DNA from: an uncultured delta proteobacterium
GTDB lineage: Bacteria; Myxococcota_A; UBA9160; SMWR01
Assembly (NCBI GenBank): GCA_963832165.1
Contig: CAWHTE010000008.1
Span: 1-64,000 of the forward strand
Direction: 5' to 3'
Length of the DNA: 64,000 bases
Part shown: positions 46,799 through 57,573 of the stretch, one piece after another
Numbering within the stretch: position 1 is the first letter of the stretch
Layout: the number at the start of each line of letters is the position of its first letter
Position numbers and translations under genes: made by a program
Notes under the pieces: generated by a model
Seen by the model: only the letters and a program-made list of their open reading frames with translations
Told to the model about the DNA's origin: nothing
Databases searched by the model: none

Positions 46799-47743
46799 TT
46801 GGAAGCGCTCCAGAAGGTCTTCAAGACGCTCAGCGACCCGACGCGCGTGCGGGTGCTCGCGCTGCTCGAGCAGGAGGAGCTCGCGGTCCAGGAGCTCATG
46901 GACGTCCTCGGCATGGCGCAGTCGCGCGTGTCGCGGCACCTCGCGATCCTGCGCGAGGCGGGCCTGCTTCGCGATCGCCGCGACGGGACCTACGTGTTCT
47001 ACCGCTTCGATCCGCCCGGTGACGGGCCGTGGCGCGAGGCGTGGCAGCTCGTGCGCCACAGCCTCGACAACGACCCGACGCGCGCGCGCGACGTCGCGGC
47101 GCTCTCCCAGGTGATGGCCGCGCGCGCCGACCGCACGCGCAGCTTCTTCGACGCGGTCGGGCCCGAATGGGACTCGCTGCGCAAGGTGTTCAACGACGAC
47201 GCGCTGCGGAGCCGGGCGCTCTCGCGCCTGGTTCCCTCGGGCCTGCGCGTGGCCGATGTGGGCACGGGGACCGGAATCCTCGCGGCCGAGCTCGCGCGGC
47301 TCGGCATGCGCGTGATCGCAGTCGACCACTCCCCGCGCATGCTCTCGGCCGCGCGCGCCAAGCTCACGGCCGAGGGGCTCGACCAGGTCGAGCTGCGTGC
47401 GGGCGAGGCGGGCGCGCTGCCGATCGACGACGCCTCGCTCGACGCCGCGTTCGCGCACATGGTGCTGCACTACCTGCCCTCGCCGGCCGACGCGATCCGC
47501 GAGATGGCGCGCGTGGTGCGCCCGGGCGGCGCGGTGATTGCGGTCGACTTCGTGCGCCACGAGCACGAGTGGATGCGCGAGGAGCTCGGCGTCACCTGGC
47601 TCGGCTTCGACCGCAGCGAGATCGAAGCGTGGTTCGCGCTCGCGGGGCTCGAGGCGCCGCTCATCGAAACCCAACCCGGGCGCTCTGCAGCACGCGACCT
47701 GCCCGAGGCGTTCGTAGCGTCCGCGCGCCGACCGAATGCCTGA
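46799..47743 (+). CDS. ArsR-family regulator fused to a SAM-dependent methyltransferase domain (SahR-like)
   Basis: FKTLSDPTRVRVL..QSRVSRHLAILREAGL; VADVGTGTG, MVLHY, HEHEWMREELG..WLGF. TTG start. Confidence 0.9.
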   Translation: MEALQKVFKTLSDPTRVRVLALLEQEELAVQELMDVLGMAQSRVSRHLAILREAGLLRDRRDGTYVFYRFDPPGDGPWREAWQLVRHSLDNDPTRARDVAALSQVMAARADRTRSFFDAVGPEWDSLRKVFNDDALRSRALSRLVPSGLRVADVGTGTGILAAELARLGMRVIAVDHSPRMLSAARAKLTAEGLDQVELRAGEAGALPIDDASLDAAFAHMVLHYLPSPADAIREMARVVRPGGAVIAVDFVRHEHEWMREELGVTWLGFDRSEIEAWFALAGLEAPLIETQPGRSAARDLPEAFVASARRPNA

Positions 47744-48440
47744 GTCCTCGCGGCGCGCGGTGTTGTTCGACGCCGCGGGAACGCTGATCGAGCCGCGCGA
47801 GCCGATCGGCCAGACCTACGCGCGCATCTCGGAGAAGTACGGCGCCGCGATCTCCGCGTGGCGGCTCGACGACGCGTTCGCGCGCGTGTGGCGCACCGCG
47901 CCCGCGATGGTCTACCCGGGCCTGCCCGCCGATGCGACCGCGCGCTTCGAGCGCGACGCGTGGCGCGCGATCGTGCGGCAGACCTTCCTCGCCGCCGACT
48001 CGGCGGTGCGGCCGGACGACTTCGACGCCTTCTTCGAGGAGCTGTTCGCCCACTTCGCGACCGGAGCCGCGTGGCGCGTGCTTCCGGGTGCAAGCGACGC
48101 GCTCGAAGCGCTGCGCGGCGAGCGCGTCGCGACCGCGGTCGTATCGAACTTCGACCGCCGCCTGCCCGGAATCCTCTCCGACCTCGAGCTCGCCCCGCTG
48201 CTCGATCTCGTGTGGTTGCCCTCCGACGCGGGAGTCACCAAACCCGACCCGGCGATCTTCGAGAGCGCGCTCTCCGCGCTCGGCGTGACCGCTGCGCGGG
48301 CTCTGTTCGTCGGCAACGACGCGGAGCGAGATCTCGCGGGCGCGCGCGCGGTGGGCATGCGAGCGGTGGACGTTGCGTCGCTTGCTACCCTGGCTGACCT
48401 GCCCGAACTGGTTCTGCGCGAGCTTCCGGAGGAGCCTTGA
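47736..48440 (+). CDS. HAD-IA family hydrolase
   Basis: LFDAAGTL, VVSNFD, KPDPAIF, FVGNDAERDLAGA. Confidence 0.9.
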   Translation: MPESSRRAVLFDAAGTLIEPREPIGQTYARISEKYGAAISAWRLDDAFARVWRTAPAMVYPGLPADATARFERDAWRAIVRQTFLAADSAVRPDDFDAFFEELFAHFATGAAWRVLPGASDALEALRGERVATAVVSNFDRRLPGILSDLELAPLLDLVWLPSDAGVTKPDPAIFESALSALGVTAARALFVGNDAERDLAGARAVGMRAVDVASLATLADLPELVLRELPEEP

Positions 48441-48441
48441 G

Positions 48442-49882
48442 ATGAGCTTGCCGACCGCGCGCGCGTTGTTCCGCGACCGCTTCGGCGTCGACGACAAGAG
48501 CCTGTCGGCCGCGCTCGACGCCGCGCTCGAGCGGCGCGTGGATTACGCAGATCTCTTCTTCGAGTACGGCACCCAGGACTCGGTCGTGCTCGAAGAGGGG
48601 ATCGTCAAGACGGGCGACCGCCATCTCGAGCAGGGCGTCGGCGTGCGCGCGCAGGTCGGCGAGCGCCAGGGCTATGCCCACAGCGACGAGGTGAGCCCCG
48701 AGGCGCTCCAGCTCGCGGCTCGCACCGCGCGCGCGATCTCGGCCGACGCCGGCGCGGGCACGCGCGCCGTATCTGCCACGCGTTCGCGGCGCGCGCGATC
48801 TGTACCCCGTCGAGAAGCCGCCCACCGACGCCTCGGTCGCGAGCAAGATCGAGCTGGTCGAGGAGATCGACCGCTATGCGCGCGCGCGCGATCCGCGCAT
48901 CGTCGAGGTCATGGCGAGCTGCGTGACGCAGCACCGCTCGGTGCTCGTGATGAGCAGCGATGGCACGTTCGCCGAGGATGCGCGTCCGCTCGTGCGCTTG
49001 AACGTGCAGGTGATCGCGCGCTCGGGCGAGCGCCGCGAAGTCGGCTACCAGGGCTGCGGCGGGCGCAGCGAGTTCGAGGCGCTGCTCGATCCCACGCGCT
49101 GGCAGGCGCTCGTCGACGAAGCGGTGCGCACGGCGCTGCTGAATCTCGAGGCCGAGCCCTGCCCCGCCGGCAGCATGACCGTCGTGCTCGGTCCCGGATG
49201 GCCGGGCGTGCTGCTCCACGAGGCGATCGGGCACGGCCTCGAGGGCGACTTCAACCGCAAGGGCACCTCGGCGTTCGCGGGGCGGCTCGGCGAGCGCGTC
49301 GCCGCGCCGGGCGTCACGGTGGTCGACGACGGCACGCTTCCGGGGCGGCGCGGGTCGCTCAACGTCGACGATGAGGGCACGCCGACCCAGCGCACCGTGC
49401 TGATCGAAGACGGCATCCTGCGCGGCTATCTGCAGGACCGGCTCAACGCGCGGCTCATGGGCATGGCGCCCACGGGCAACGGCCGCCGCGAGAGCTACGC
49501 CCATCTCCCGATGCCGCGCATGACCAACACGTTCATGCTCGCGGGCGAGGAAGATCCCACCGACATCGTGCGCTCGGTCGACCGCGGCATCTACGCGGTG
49601 AACTTCGGCGGCGGCCAGGTCGACATCACGAGCGGGAAGTTCGTGTTCTCGGCGAGCGAGGCGTACCGGATCGAGAACGGCCGCGTGGGCGCACCGCTCA
49701 AGGGCGCGACGCTGATCGGCAACGGTCCCGACGTGCTCACGCGCGTTTCGCGGATCGGCTGCGATCTCGCGCTCGACCGCGGTGTCGGCACCTGCGGCAA
49801 GGACGGCCAGTCGGTGCCGGTGGGCGTCGGGCTCCCGACGCTGCGCATCGACGACCTCACGGTCGGAGGCACCCAGGGGTGA
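48442..49882 (+). CDS. tldD: Metalloprotease TldD, frameshifted near 48780
   Basis: YADLFFE..GVGVRA in one frame; [47 protein letters not shown] in the next frame. Confidence 0.92.
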
Positions 49883-51243
49883 CCAGTCCGCGCGAGGCCG
49901 CCGAGCTCGCGCTCGCGAGTGCGATCCGCGCGGGTGCGGTCGCCGCGGACGCCGTGGCCGTGGAGTCGGACTCGCTCGAGACGCGCGTGCGCGGCGAGGA
50001 GATCGACTACGTCAAGCAGGCGCGCGAGCGCAAGGTCGGCGTGCGCGCTCTCGTGCGCGGCGCGCACGGCACGCGCTCCGCGATCACGTCCACGAGCGAC
50101 CTCTCCGAGTCCGCGGTACGCGCGGTCGCCGCCGAGGCGGTCGCGCTCGCTCGCGCCACGGCCGAGGATCCCGCCGCGGGGCTGCCCGACGACGGCTTCG
50201 CCGATCCGGCCGCCCTGCCGGACCTCTCGCTGGCCGACCCGGCCGACCGCGGCGTGACGGCCGAATCACTGATCGATGCCGCGCGGCGCGCAGAGCTCGC
50301 CGGGCGTGCCGTGGATCCGCGGATCGAGAACTCCGAGGGATCGTCGGCGTCGGCTTCGTTCGCGCGCATCGCCTACGCGAACAGCGCGGGCTTCGCGGGC
50401 CACTACGAGGCGGCGTCGCACGGACTGTTCTCCGAGCCCATCGCGCGCGCGAACGGCGGCATGCAGCGCGACTGGTGGATGTCGGCCGCGCGCAGCCTCG
50501 CCGCGCTCGATTCGCCCGAGGCGGTCGGGCGGCGCGCCGCCGAGCGCGCGCTGCGCCGGCTCGGTGCGCGCACGGTGGCGACCTGCGAGGTGCCCGTGAT
50601 CTTCGATCCGCTCACGGCGGCGAGCCTTTGGGGTCAGCTCGCGGGGCTCGTGAGCGGCTATGCGGTGTACCGGGGCACGAGCTATCTCGCGGGCAAGCTC
50701 GGCGAGATCGTCGCGAGCGACGCCGTGACGATCATCGACGACGCGTGCCGGCCCGCCGGTCTCGGCAGCCGTCCGTTCGACGGCGAGGGACTGCCGTCGC
50801 GGCGCACGGCACTGATCGAGCGCGGGCGCCTCGCCTCCTACCTGCTCGACACCTACTCCGCGCGCAAGGTCGGCGGGCGTTCGACCGGCAGTGCGAGCCG
50901 GTCCGCGAGCAGCCCGCCCGCGGTAGGCGCCACCAACCTCGGGCTCGTCCCCGGCGATGCCTCACTCGAGCAGATCATCGCCGACACGCCGCGGGGGCTG
51001 CTCGTGACCGAGCTGATCGGGATGGGCTTCAACCCGACCACGGGCGACTACTCGCGCGGCGCCGCGGGCTTGTGGATCGAAGGCGGCCAGATCGCCCATC
51101 CCGTCGAGGAGATCACGATCGCGTCCAACTTCCCCGACATGCTGCGCGGCATCGACGCGGTCGGCAGCGACCTCTTGTGGCTCTCGCGGATCGGATCGCC
51201 GAGCGTGCGCATCGCGCGCATGACCGTAGCGGGCGGACGATGA
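49879..51243 (+). CDS. pmbA: TldE/PmbA protein
   Basis: [50 protein letters not shown]; no HExxH. Confidence 0.92.
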   Translation: MTSPREAAELALASAIRAGAVAADAVAVESDSLETRVRGEEIDYVKQARERKVGVRALVRGAHGTRSAITSTSDLSESAVRAVAAEAVALARATAEDPAAGLPDDGFADPAALPDLSLADPADRGVTAESLIDAARRAELAGRAVDPRIENSEGSSASASFARIAYANSAGFAGHYEAASHGLFSEPIARANGGMQRDWWMSAARSLAALDSPEAVGRRAAERALRRLGARTVATCEVPVIFDPLTAASLWGQLAGLVSGYAVYRGTSYLAGKLGEIVASDAVTIIDDACRPAGLGSRPFDGEGLPSRRTALIERGRLASYLLDTYSARKVGGRSTGSASRSASSPPAVGATNLGLVPGDASLEQIIADTPRGLLVTELIGMGFNPTTGDYSRGAAGLWIEGGQIAHPVEEITIASNFPDMLRGIDAVGSDLLWLSRIGSPSVRIARMTVAGGR

Positions 51244-52109
51244 GCGCACCCGAGGTTCTGCTCGGGCTGAAGTTGCCGGACGTCGACGTCTGGTCGCCGC
51301 GCGTGACCGTGGCGCTCGGGCAGAATCCGAGCCTGTTCACGGGCCCGGGTACGAACACCTATCTCGTCGGCACGGGCCGCGAGCGAATCCTGCTCGACAC
51401 GGGCCAGGGCGTCCCCGCCTATCTGCCCGTGCTCGCTCGAGCCCTCGAACGCGCCGACTGTGCGATCCAGGAGATCGTGCTCACGCACGGCCATCCCGAT
51501 CACATCGGCGGCGTCGCGGACGTGCTCGAACACCACGGCCCGCTGCGCGTCTCGAAGCGCCCGCACGCGGGCTTCGATGCGCGCTACCCGGGCGAGATCA
51601 CACCGATCGGCGACGGCGACGTGGTGCGCACCGAAGGCGCGACGCTGCGAGCCATCCACACGCCCGGTCATGCCGAGGACCATCTCTGCTTCGCACTCGA
51701 GGAGGAGCGCGCGATCTTCTCGGGCGACAACGTACTCGGCGTCGGCACCACCGTGATCCCGGCCGAGGGCGGCGACCTGCTCGACTACATGCAATCGCTC
51801 GAACGGCTGCTCGCCGACGAGCCCTCCGCGATCTATCCCGCGCACGGACCCATGATCCGCGACGGGTGCGCGAAGCTGCGCGAGTACATCGATCACCGCA
51901 ACCAGCGCGAGCAGGAGATCCTCGCAGCGCTGCGCACGGGACTGGGCGGCATCCCCGAGATCGTCGCGCGCGTGTACGCGGCCTACCCGGTCGCGTTGCA
52001 CCTGCCCGCGCGCAGCTCGGTGTGCTCGCACCTGTTGAAGCTCGAGCGCGAGGGTCGCGTGCGCCGCAGCGGCGCGGCACCGCTCGACGCGCGCTGGGCG
52101 CTGACCTGA
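51240..52109 (+). CDS. Metallo-beta-lactamase-fold hydrolase (LACTB2-like, C-terminal winged helix)
   Basis: NPSLFTGPGTNTYLVG, THGHPDHIGG, TPGHAEDH, FSGDNVLG, YPAHGP. Confidence 0.9.
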   Translation: MSAPEVLLGLKLPDVDVWSPRVTVALGQNPSLFTGPGTNTYLVGTGRERILLDTGQGVPAYLPVLARALERADCAIQEIVLTHGHPDHIGGVADVLEHHGPLRVSKRPHAGFDARYPGEITPIGDGDVVRTEGATLRAIHTPGHAEDHLCFALEEERAIFSGDNVLGVGTTVIPAEGGDLLDYMQSLERLLADEPSAIYPAHGPMIRDGCAKLREYIDHRNQREQEILAALRTGLGGIPEIVARVYAAYPVALHLPARSSVCSHLLKLEREGRVRRSGAAPLDARWALT

Positions 52110-52113
52110 TGGA

Positions 52114-52140
52114 CTTCGCTCGGCTTCGCCTCGCTGCGCG
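52114..52140 (+). repeat. 27-bp REP-like repeat
   Basis: CTTCGCTCGGCTTCGCCTCGCTGCGCG, identical to 57388-57414; intergenic. Confidence 0.8.
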
Positions 52141-52149
52141 AGACTTGCG

Positions 52150-52953
52150 GTGACCCACCCGATCGTCGCCGCGCTGCACAGCGCGGCGGCCGAGGAGCGC
52201 CGCGCCGCCTGCGAAGCGGCCCCGGGTGATCCGTCCGCGGTGCTGCTGGTGGATCCGCTGGTCGAAGCGCTCGGCGACCGCGATCCGCGCGTGGTGCGCG
52301 CGGCGACGCGTGCGCTCGAGCAGATCGGCCGCGAGCACGAAGCCGTGCTGGTGGCGCTGCGCCCCGCGCTGCGCAGCGCGGAGTCGCGACACCGCCTCGA
52401 GGCTGCGTGGACCTGGGCTCGTCTCGAGCCGCCGCCGATCAAGCTATTGCCCGCGATCGTGTCGGCGCTCGGCGACCTCCAGGGCGATGCGCGCTGGCGC
52501 GCAGCGCGCCTGCTGGTCGAGCTCGCGCGCATCCACGACGAGGTGTCACCCGTCGTGCACAATCTCGTCGCGGGCGATCAACCCGTGCGCGTGCGTGCGG
52601 TCGGTCTCGCTGCGCTGCGCGAGCTCGAGCCGGATTCCGATGCGACGCGCGCCGCACACCTCGCGGCGAGCCGCGACCGCGATCCCGGCCTCGCGCGCCT
52701 GGCGTTGGTCGGGCTCGCGGGCATCGCTGCGACGCGCGAGGTCTGGGAGCGCCTGATCGAGGTGCTCGCGGCGAACCCCGACGCCGCGTGTCGCCGCATT
52801 GCGGCGACCGCCTGCGGCGCGCTCGGATCTGCGCCGCCCGAAGCGCACGCGGCACTCGAGCGCGCGGCGCAGGAGGACGGCGACGAGAGCGTGCGCGCCG
52901 CAGCCGCGCGATCTCTCCGCTCTGGCTCAGCGGAACAGCAGGGCGTCGAGTGA
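52150..52953 (+). CDS. HEAT-repeat protein
   Basis: LVEALGDRDPRVVRAATRAL, DARWRAARLL, DESVRAAAARSL. Confidence 0.75.
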   Translation: MTHPIVAALHSAAAEERRAACEAAPGDPSAVLLVDPLVEALGDRDPRVVRAATRALEQIGREHEAVLVALRPALRSAESRHRLEAAWTWARLEPPPIKLLPAIVSALGDLQGDARWRAARLLVELARIHDEVSPVVHNLVAGDQPVRVRAVGLAALRELEPDSDATRAAHLAASRDRDPGLARLALVGLAGIAATREVWERLIEVLAANPDAACRRIAATACGALGSAPPEAHAALERAAQEDGDESVRAAAARSLRSGSAEQQGVE

Positions 52954-53376
52954 GAGCACCCCGGGGCCCGTCAAGAACAACACTCCGCAGATCACCGCGA
53001 GGTTGATCGTGTACTCGGCGCCGGGCGGATCGTTCGTGATCAGATAGCCCGCACCCTTGTGGCCGAGCCGGCCCGCAACGATCATCGTGAAGATGAGCAG
53101 CAGGCACGCCGGGCGCGTGAGCAGACCCAGCGCGAGCAGGCTGCCGCCGGTGATCTCCGACAGCATCGCCATGCGCGCCTGAACGGGCGCCATCGGCACG
53201 CCGAGGCTCTCGAGAAAGTCCACGAAGCCTTGCATGTTCCCGGTGCCCACGACTCCGAGCTTGCCGAGGCCGTGCGTCACGAAACACAATCCGATCGCCA
53301 GGCGCCCGACGAACAGCGCCGTGTTGGTATACCAGGGCTGGGTCAGCAATACGCCGAGGTCGAAGCTCGGGTCCAT
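52927..53376 (-). CDS. DoxX family membrane protein
   Basis: GRLAIGLCFVTHGLGKL, EITGGSLLALGLLTR, GAEY, GPGVLSLD. Confidence 0.88.
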   Translation of the reverse strand: MDPSFDLGVLLTQPWYTNTALFVGRLAIGLCFVTHGLGKLGVVGTGNMQGFVDFLESLGVPMAPVQARMAMLSEITGGSLLALGLLTRPACLLLIFTMIVAGRLGHKGAGYLITNDPPGAEYTINLAVICGVLFLTGPGVLSLDALLFR

Positions 53377-53431
53377 CGACGCCTCCCGGTGAAAATCGGT
53401 CCCGTTGTAGCACGGGCGAGAGGACAGATGC

Positions 53432-54691
53432 ATGGAGAAGGCCGATTTCTTCCGCGAGTCGCGCCGCGACAGCCCGGGTCCGCTCGCGGGCGTGCGCGTG
53501 CTCGAGGCCACGACCACCTGGGCCGGACCGATGTGCGGCTGCGTGCTCGCGGACTTCGGCGCCGACGTCGTGAAGGTCGAGCATCCGGCGGGTGAGATCG
53601 CGCGCCGGTCGCCGCCGTTCCTGCCCGGAACGAACCCGCCGCTCTCGTTCATGAACGAGATCCTGAACCGCAACAAGCGCAGCCTCGCGCTCGATCTGCA
53701 CGGCGACGCGGGCCGCGCGCTGTTCCTGCGCCTCGCTGCGCGGAGCGACGTCGTGATCGAGAACTTCCGCCCCGGCACCCTCGACGGCTGGGGCATCGGC
53801 TATGCCGCAGTGCGCTCGGTGCGGCCCGACGTGGTCTACGTCTCGATCAGCGGCTACGGCCAGTGGGGCCCCGACCACGATCGCGTGGGCTACGACCCGC
53901 TCGCGCAGGCCGCGAGCGGATTCCTGTCGCTGAACGGCTCGCCCGACGGCGAGCCCGTGAAGTCGCCGACCTTCCTCGCCGACGATCTCGCGGGTCTGCA
54001 CGGCGCTATCGCCGCGCTCGCGGCGCTGCGCCATCGCGATGCCACGGGCGAAGGGCAGCACATCGACGTGTCGCTGCTCGACGCGATGCTGTTCCAGTCG
54101 ACCGGCTACCTCACGCTCGGCGCGATGGGCGTCGATCTGCCGCGGCTCGGCAACCAGTTCCGGATCGCTGCGCCCGCGAACAGCTACCGCTGCCGCGACG
54201 GGCTGATCTTCATCGGCGTCCTGCTCGACGCGCACTGGTGCCGGCTCGCTGCGCTTGCTCGGGCGAGCCGAGCTCGGCCGATCGACCCGCGCTATGCCAC
54301 CGGGCTCGCACGGATCGCGCATCGCGACGAAGTGGATGCGCTGGTCGCGGGCTGGGCGCGCGAGCGCACGGTGGCGGACGCGCTCGCGGCGCTGCACGAG
54401 GCGAGCGTTCCCACCGCGCCCGTGCGCAGCTATGCCGAGGCGGCCGCCGATCCGCACGTGCGCGCGCGCGACATGCTCCAGGAGGTCGAGCGCGGCGGCG
54501 CGCGCGTGCCGCTCACGGGCCCCGCGGCCAAGCTCTCGCGCACGCCGATCCGCGTGCGGTCCGCGGCGCGCGACCTCGGTGCAGATACCGAGGCCGTGCT
54601 CGCGGAGCTCGGCATCCCCCTCGCCGAGCGCCGCGCGCTGCGCGATGCGGGAGTCGTGGCGGGTCCGCTGCCGTCGGAGAATCCCGATTGA
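53432..54691 (+). CDS. CaiB/BaiF family III CoA-transferase
   Basis: [59 protein letters not shown]. Confidence 0.93.
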   Translation: MEKADFFRESRRDSPGPLAGVRVLEATTTWAGPMCGCVLADFGADVVKVEHPAGEIARRSPPFLPGTNPPLSFMNEILNRNKRSLALDLHGDAGRALFLRLAARSDVVIENFRPGTLDGWGIGYAAVRSVRPDVVYVSISGYGQWGPDHDRVGYDPLAQAASGFLSLNGSPDGEPVKSPTFLADDLAGLHGAIAALAALRHRDATGEGQHIDVSLLDAMLFQSTGYLTLGAMGVDLPRLGNQFRIAAPANSYRCRDGLIFIGVLLDAHWCRLAALARASRARPIDPRYATGLARIAHRDEVDALVAGWARERTVADALAALHEASVPTAPVRSYAEAAADPHVRARDMLQEVERGGARVPLTGPAAKLSRTPIRVRSAARDLGADTEAVLAELGIPLAERRALRDAGVVAGPLPSENPD

Positions 54692-54715
54692 CCCCCCGAT
54701 CCGGCCCGTTACAGT
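54688..54715 (+). promoter_or_regulatory. Possible sigma70-type promoter of the rubrerythrin operon
   Basis: TTGACC-16 nt-TACAGT, ending 33 nt upstream of the ATG, which has a GAGGAG RBS. Confidence 0.35.
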
Positions 54716-54748
54716 CTGAATTCCCAACGAAGCGAGAGGAGAGCACGC

Positions 54749-55174
<426 letters not shown>

Positions 55175-55198
55175 TCGATCCGCCCGGCGGGCGACGCC

Positions 55199-56485
55199 GT
55201 GAAGGTTTCGCCCCCGGAGCGTCCGACGGCCGAGCTGCGCTTCGGCGACGCCGACTATCTCGATCCCGCGAAGGTCGAGCGCGAGCTGCGCCGGGTCGGC
55301 GACATCTGCCATCAGTGCCGGCGCTGTCTGCCGCTGTGCCCGACGTTCCCGAAGCTCTTCGAGCTCATCGACGCATCGGCCGACGAGATCGCGGGCGTGG
55401 CGATGGCCGATCTCGATGCGGCAAACGAGCTCTGTTACCACTGCAAGCTCTGCTACAACCACTGCCCCTACACGCCGCCCCACGAGTGGGACGTCGACTT
55501 CCCGCTGCTCATGCGCCGCCAGCAGATCGCCCGCGCGCAGCGCGACGGCATCCCGCTCGCGCGCCGCCTCACCACGCGCACGGATCTGATCGGCAAGATC
55601 GGCTCGCTCGCGGCGCCGCTCATGAACTTCGCGAACCGCAACCGCGCGTCGCGTGTGGTCATGGAGAAGACGCTCGGGATCGACCGCGACTGGGTCCAGC
55701 CGTCGTTCTACGCCGAGACGGTCGACCGCTGGTTCGCGAAGCGCCCGCGCCGCGGCGGCGGCGAGAACGGCCGCGTCGTGCTGTTCACTACCTGTAGCGT
55801 GAACTACAACGACCCGATCGCGGGGCGATCGCTCACGGTGGTTCTCGAGCACAGCGACGTGCGCGTGGATCTCTGTTACGAGCGCTGCTGCGGAATGCCG
55901 TTCACGGACACCGGCGACATGGACGCCGCGCGGCGCAACGCGGAGCGCAATGTTGCCGACCTGCTTCCCTACGTCGAGCAGGGCGCGGCGATCGTCGTGC
56001 CGGGTCCCTCCTGCTCGCTCATGCTCAAGGAGGAGTATCCGAAGCTGCTCGGCACTTCCGCGGCCGTGCGCGTCGCCGAGGCGACCCAGGACGCGATGGA
56101 ATACCTCTATCACCTCGCGCGCGCGAAGAAGATGAAGCGCGACTTCTCCGAGCCGCTCGGACACGTCGCCTATCAGGCGCCGTGCCATCTCCGGCACCAG
56201 AACATCGGCTTCCGTGCCCGCGATCTGCTCCAGCTCGCGGGCGCCGAGGTGACGGTGGTCGACGCGTGCTCGGGTGTCGACGGCACCTGGGGCATGCAGG
56301 CGCGATTCCACGAGCTCTCGATGTCGGTGGCCGCGCCGATGCTCGCGCGGATCCGCGAGGCGAACCCCGACCACGTGGCCACCGACTGCCCGCTCTCCGC
56401 GCTGCGGATCCAGGAAGGACTGGGCCGCGCGGCCGTACACCCCGTCGTGCTGCTGCGCCACGCCTACGGACTGCCCGCCGAATGA
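55199..56485 (+). CDS. Rubrerythrin-associated Fe-S oxidoreductase (GlpC/HdrD-like, CCG domains)
   Basis: CHQCRRCLPLC, CYHCKLCYNHCPY, CCGMP, PSCSLM, PCHL, CSGVDGTWG, TDCP. Confidence 0.88.
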   Translation: MKVSPPERPTAELRFGDADYLDPAKVERELRRVGDICHQCRRCLPLCPTFPKLFELIDASADEIAGVAMADLDAANELCYHCKLCYNHCPYTPPHEWDVDFPLLMRRQQIARAQRDGIPLARRLTTRTDLIGKIGSLAAPLMNFANRNRASRVVMEKTLGIDRDWVQPSFYAETVDRWFAKRPRRGGGENGRVVLFTTCSVNYNDPIAGRSLTVVLEHSDVRVDLCYERCCGMPFTDTGDMDAARRNAERNVADLLPYVEQGAAIVVPGPSCSLMLKEEYPKLLGTSAAVRVAEATQDAMEYLYHLARAKKMKRDFSEPLGHVAYQAPCHLRHQNIGFRARDLLQLAGAEVTVVDACSGVDGTWGMQARFHELSMSVAAPMLARIREANPDHVATDCPLSALRIQEGLGRAAVHPVVLLRHAYGLPAE

Positions 56486-57381
56486 GACCGCTCGCGCGCG
56501 AGGAGATCGTCCCGCTCGCCTCCTACGCGAGCGTGCGCGATGCCTTCCGAAGCGCGGTGATCGCGTACAAGCGCGCACGGCGCATGTCCGTGGGTCCGTC
56601 CGTGACACTCCTGTTCGAAGACCGCGAGACGCTGCGCTTCCAGGTCCAGGAGATGCTCTGGGTCGAGCGGATCGAGGAGCCCGAGCGCGTGCAGCACGAG
56701 CTCGACGTCTACAACGAGCTGATGCCGGGTGCGCGCGAGCTTTCGGCCACGCTCTTCGTCGAGATCACCGAGCCGGGTCGGATCCGCGCCGAACTCGATC
56801 GCCTGATCGGCATCGACGAGCACGTCGCTCTCGTGCTCGGCGCCGGCTCGGACGAGCGCGCGCTGCGCGCGAAATTCGACGCGAAGCAGATGGAGGACGA
56901 CCGGATCTCCGCGGTGCAGTACATCCGCTTCGCGCTCGACGATGATGCGGTCGCCGCGCTCGCGCGGGTGGACCACTACGCCGCGATCCGGATCTCGCAT
57001 CCCCACTACGCGCACGAGGCGGTGCTCCCGCCCGCGGTGCACGAGAGCCTCGCCGCGGGGCTGCGCGCCGAGCCGCGCTCGCTCGTACCGCTGCTGCCGG
57101 ACCCGCCCGCGGCCGCCCCCGAACCCGAGGTGCTCTACTCGGGTGGCGGAGTGCGCGTGCTGCGACCGGCGGTGCCACAGCTGCCCGGCCATCTCGTGGT
57201 GGAGGCGAGCACCCCGCTCACCTCCACCGGAGAGGTCGATGCCGCGCTCTGGAACGCGCTCACCGAGGCGGTGCGCCGCACCGCCGCCGATGCCGCCCAG
57301 CGCCACGGCGGCTGCCGCGTGGTCGCGGACTTCTCCCCGGGCGCTCCGCTGCGCTGGCACATCCTGCCGCGTCCCTCTTAG
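56482..57381 (+). CDS. DUF3501 family protein with C-terminal HIT-like extension
   Basis: LLFEDRETLRFQVQEML..ERI, ELDVYNELMP, LSATLFVE, SAVQYIRF; third gene of the rubrerythrin cluster. Confidence 0.85.
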   Translation: MRPLAREEIVPLASYASVRDAFRSAVIAYKRARRMSVGPSVTLLFEDRETLRFQVQEMLWVERIEEPERVQHELDVYNELMPGARELSATLFVEITEPGRIRAELDRLIGIDEHVALVLGAGSDERALRAKFDAKQMEDDRISAVQYIRFALDDDAVAALARVDHYAAIRISHPHYAHEAVLPPAVHESLAAGLRAEPRSLVPLLPDPPAAAPEPEVLYSGGGVRVLRPAVPQLPGHLVVEASTPLTSTGEVDAALWNALTEAVRRTAADAAQRHGGCRVVADFSPGAPLRWHILPRPS

Positions 57382-57387
57382 CCGGGC

Positions 57388-57414
57388 CTTCGCTCGGCTT
57401 CGCCTCGCTGCGCG
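57388..57414 (+). repeat. 27-bp REP-like repeat followed by a perfect hairpin
   Basis: Identical to 52114-52140; followed by GGCCGAC-TTC-GTCGGCC. Confidence 0.8.
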
Positions 57415-57573
57415 TCGGCCGACTTCGTCGGCCTCCTTGCGGATCCGGGCGTGGGGTAGGCCCAACCCGACTCTGCGGTCTGCGCTGATTCCTGCCCAAC
57501 TGTGCCGCTTCGCCTGCTATAAGGCTGCGCAAACCGAAGCGGCCGGGTGGCATCGCCTGGCGAGGGGGATCCG

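Noticed and set aside
57548..57562. Sigma54 promoter before amt (TGGCATCGCCTGGC)
   Set aside because: The GG-GC spacing is off by one and it sits too close to the RBS.
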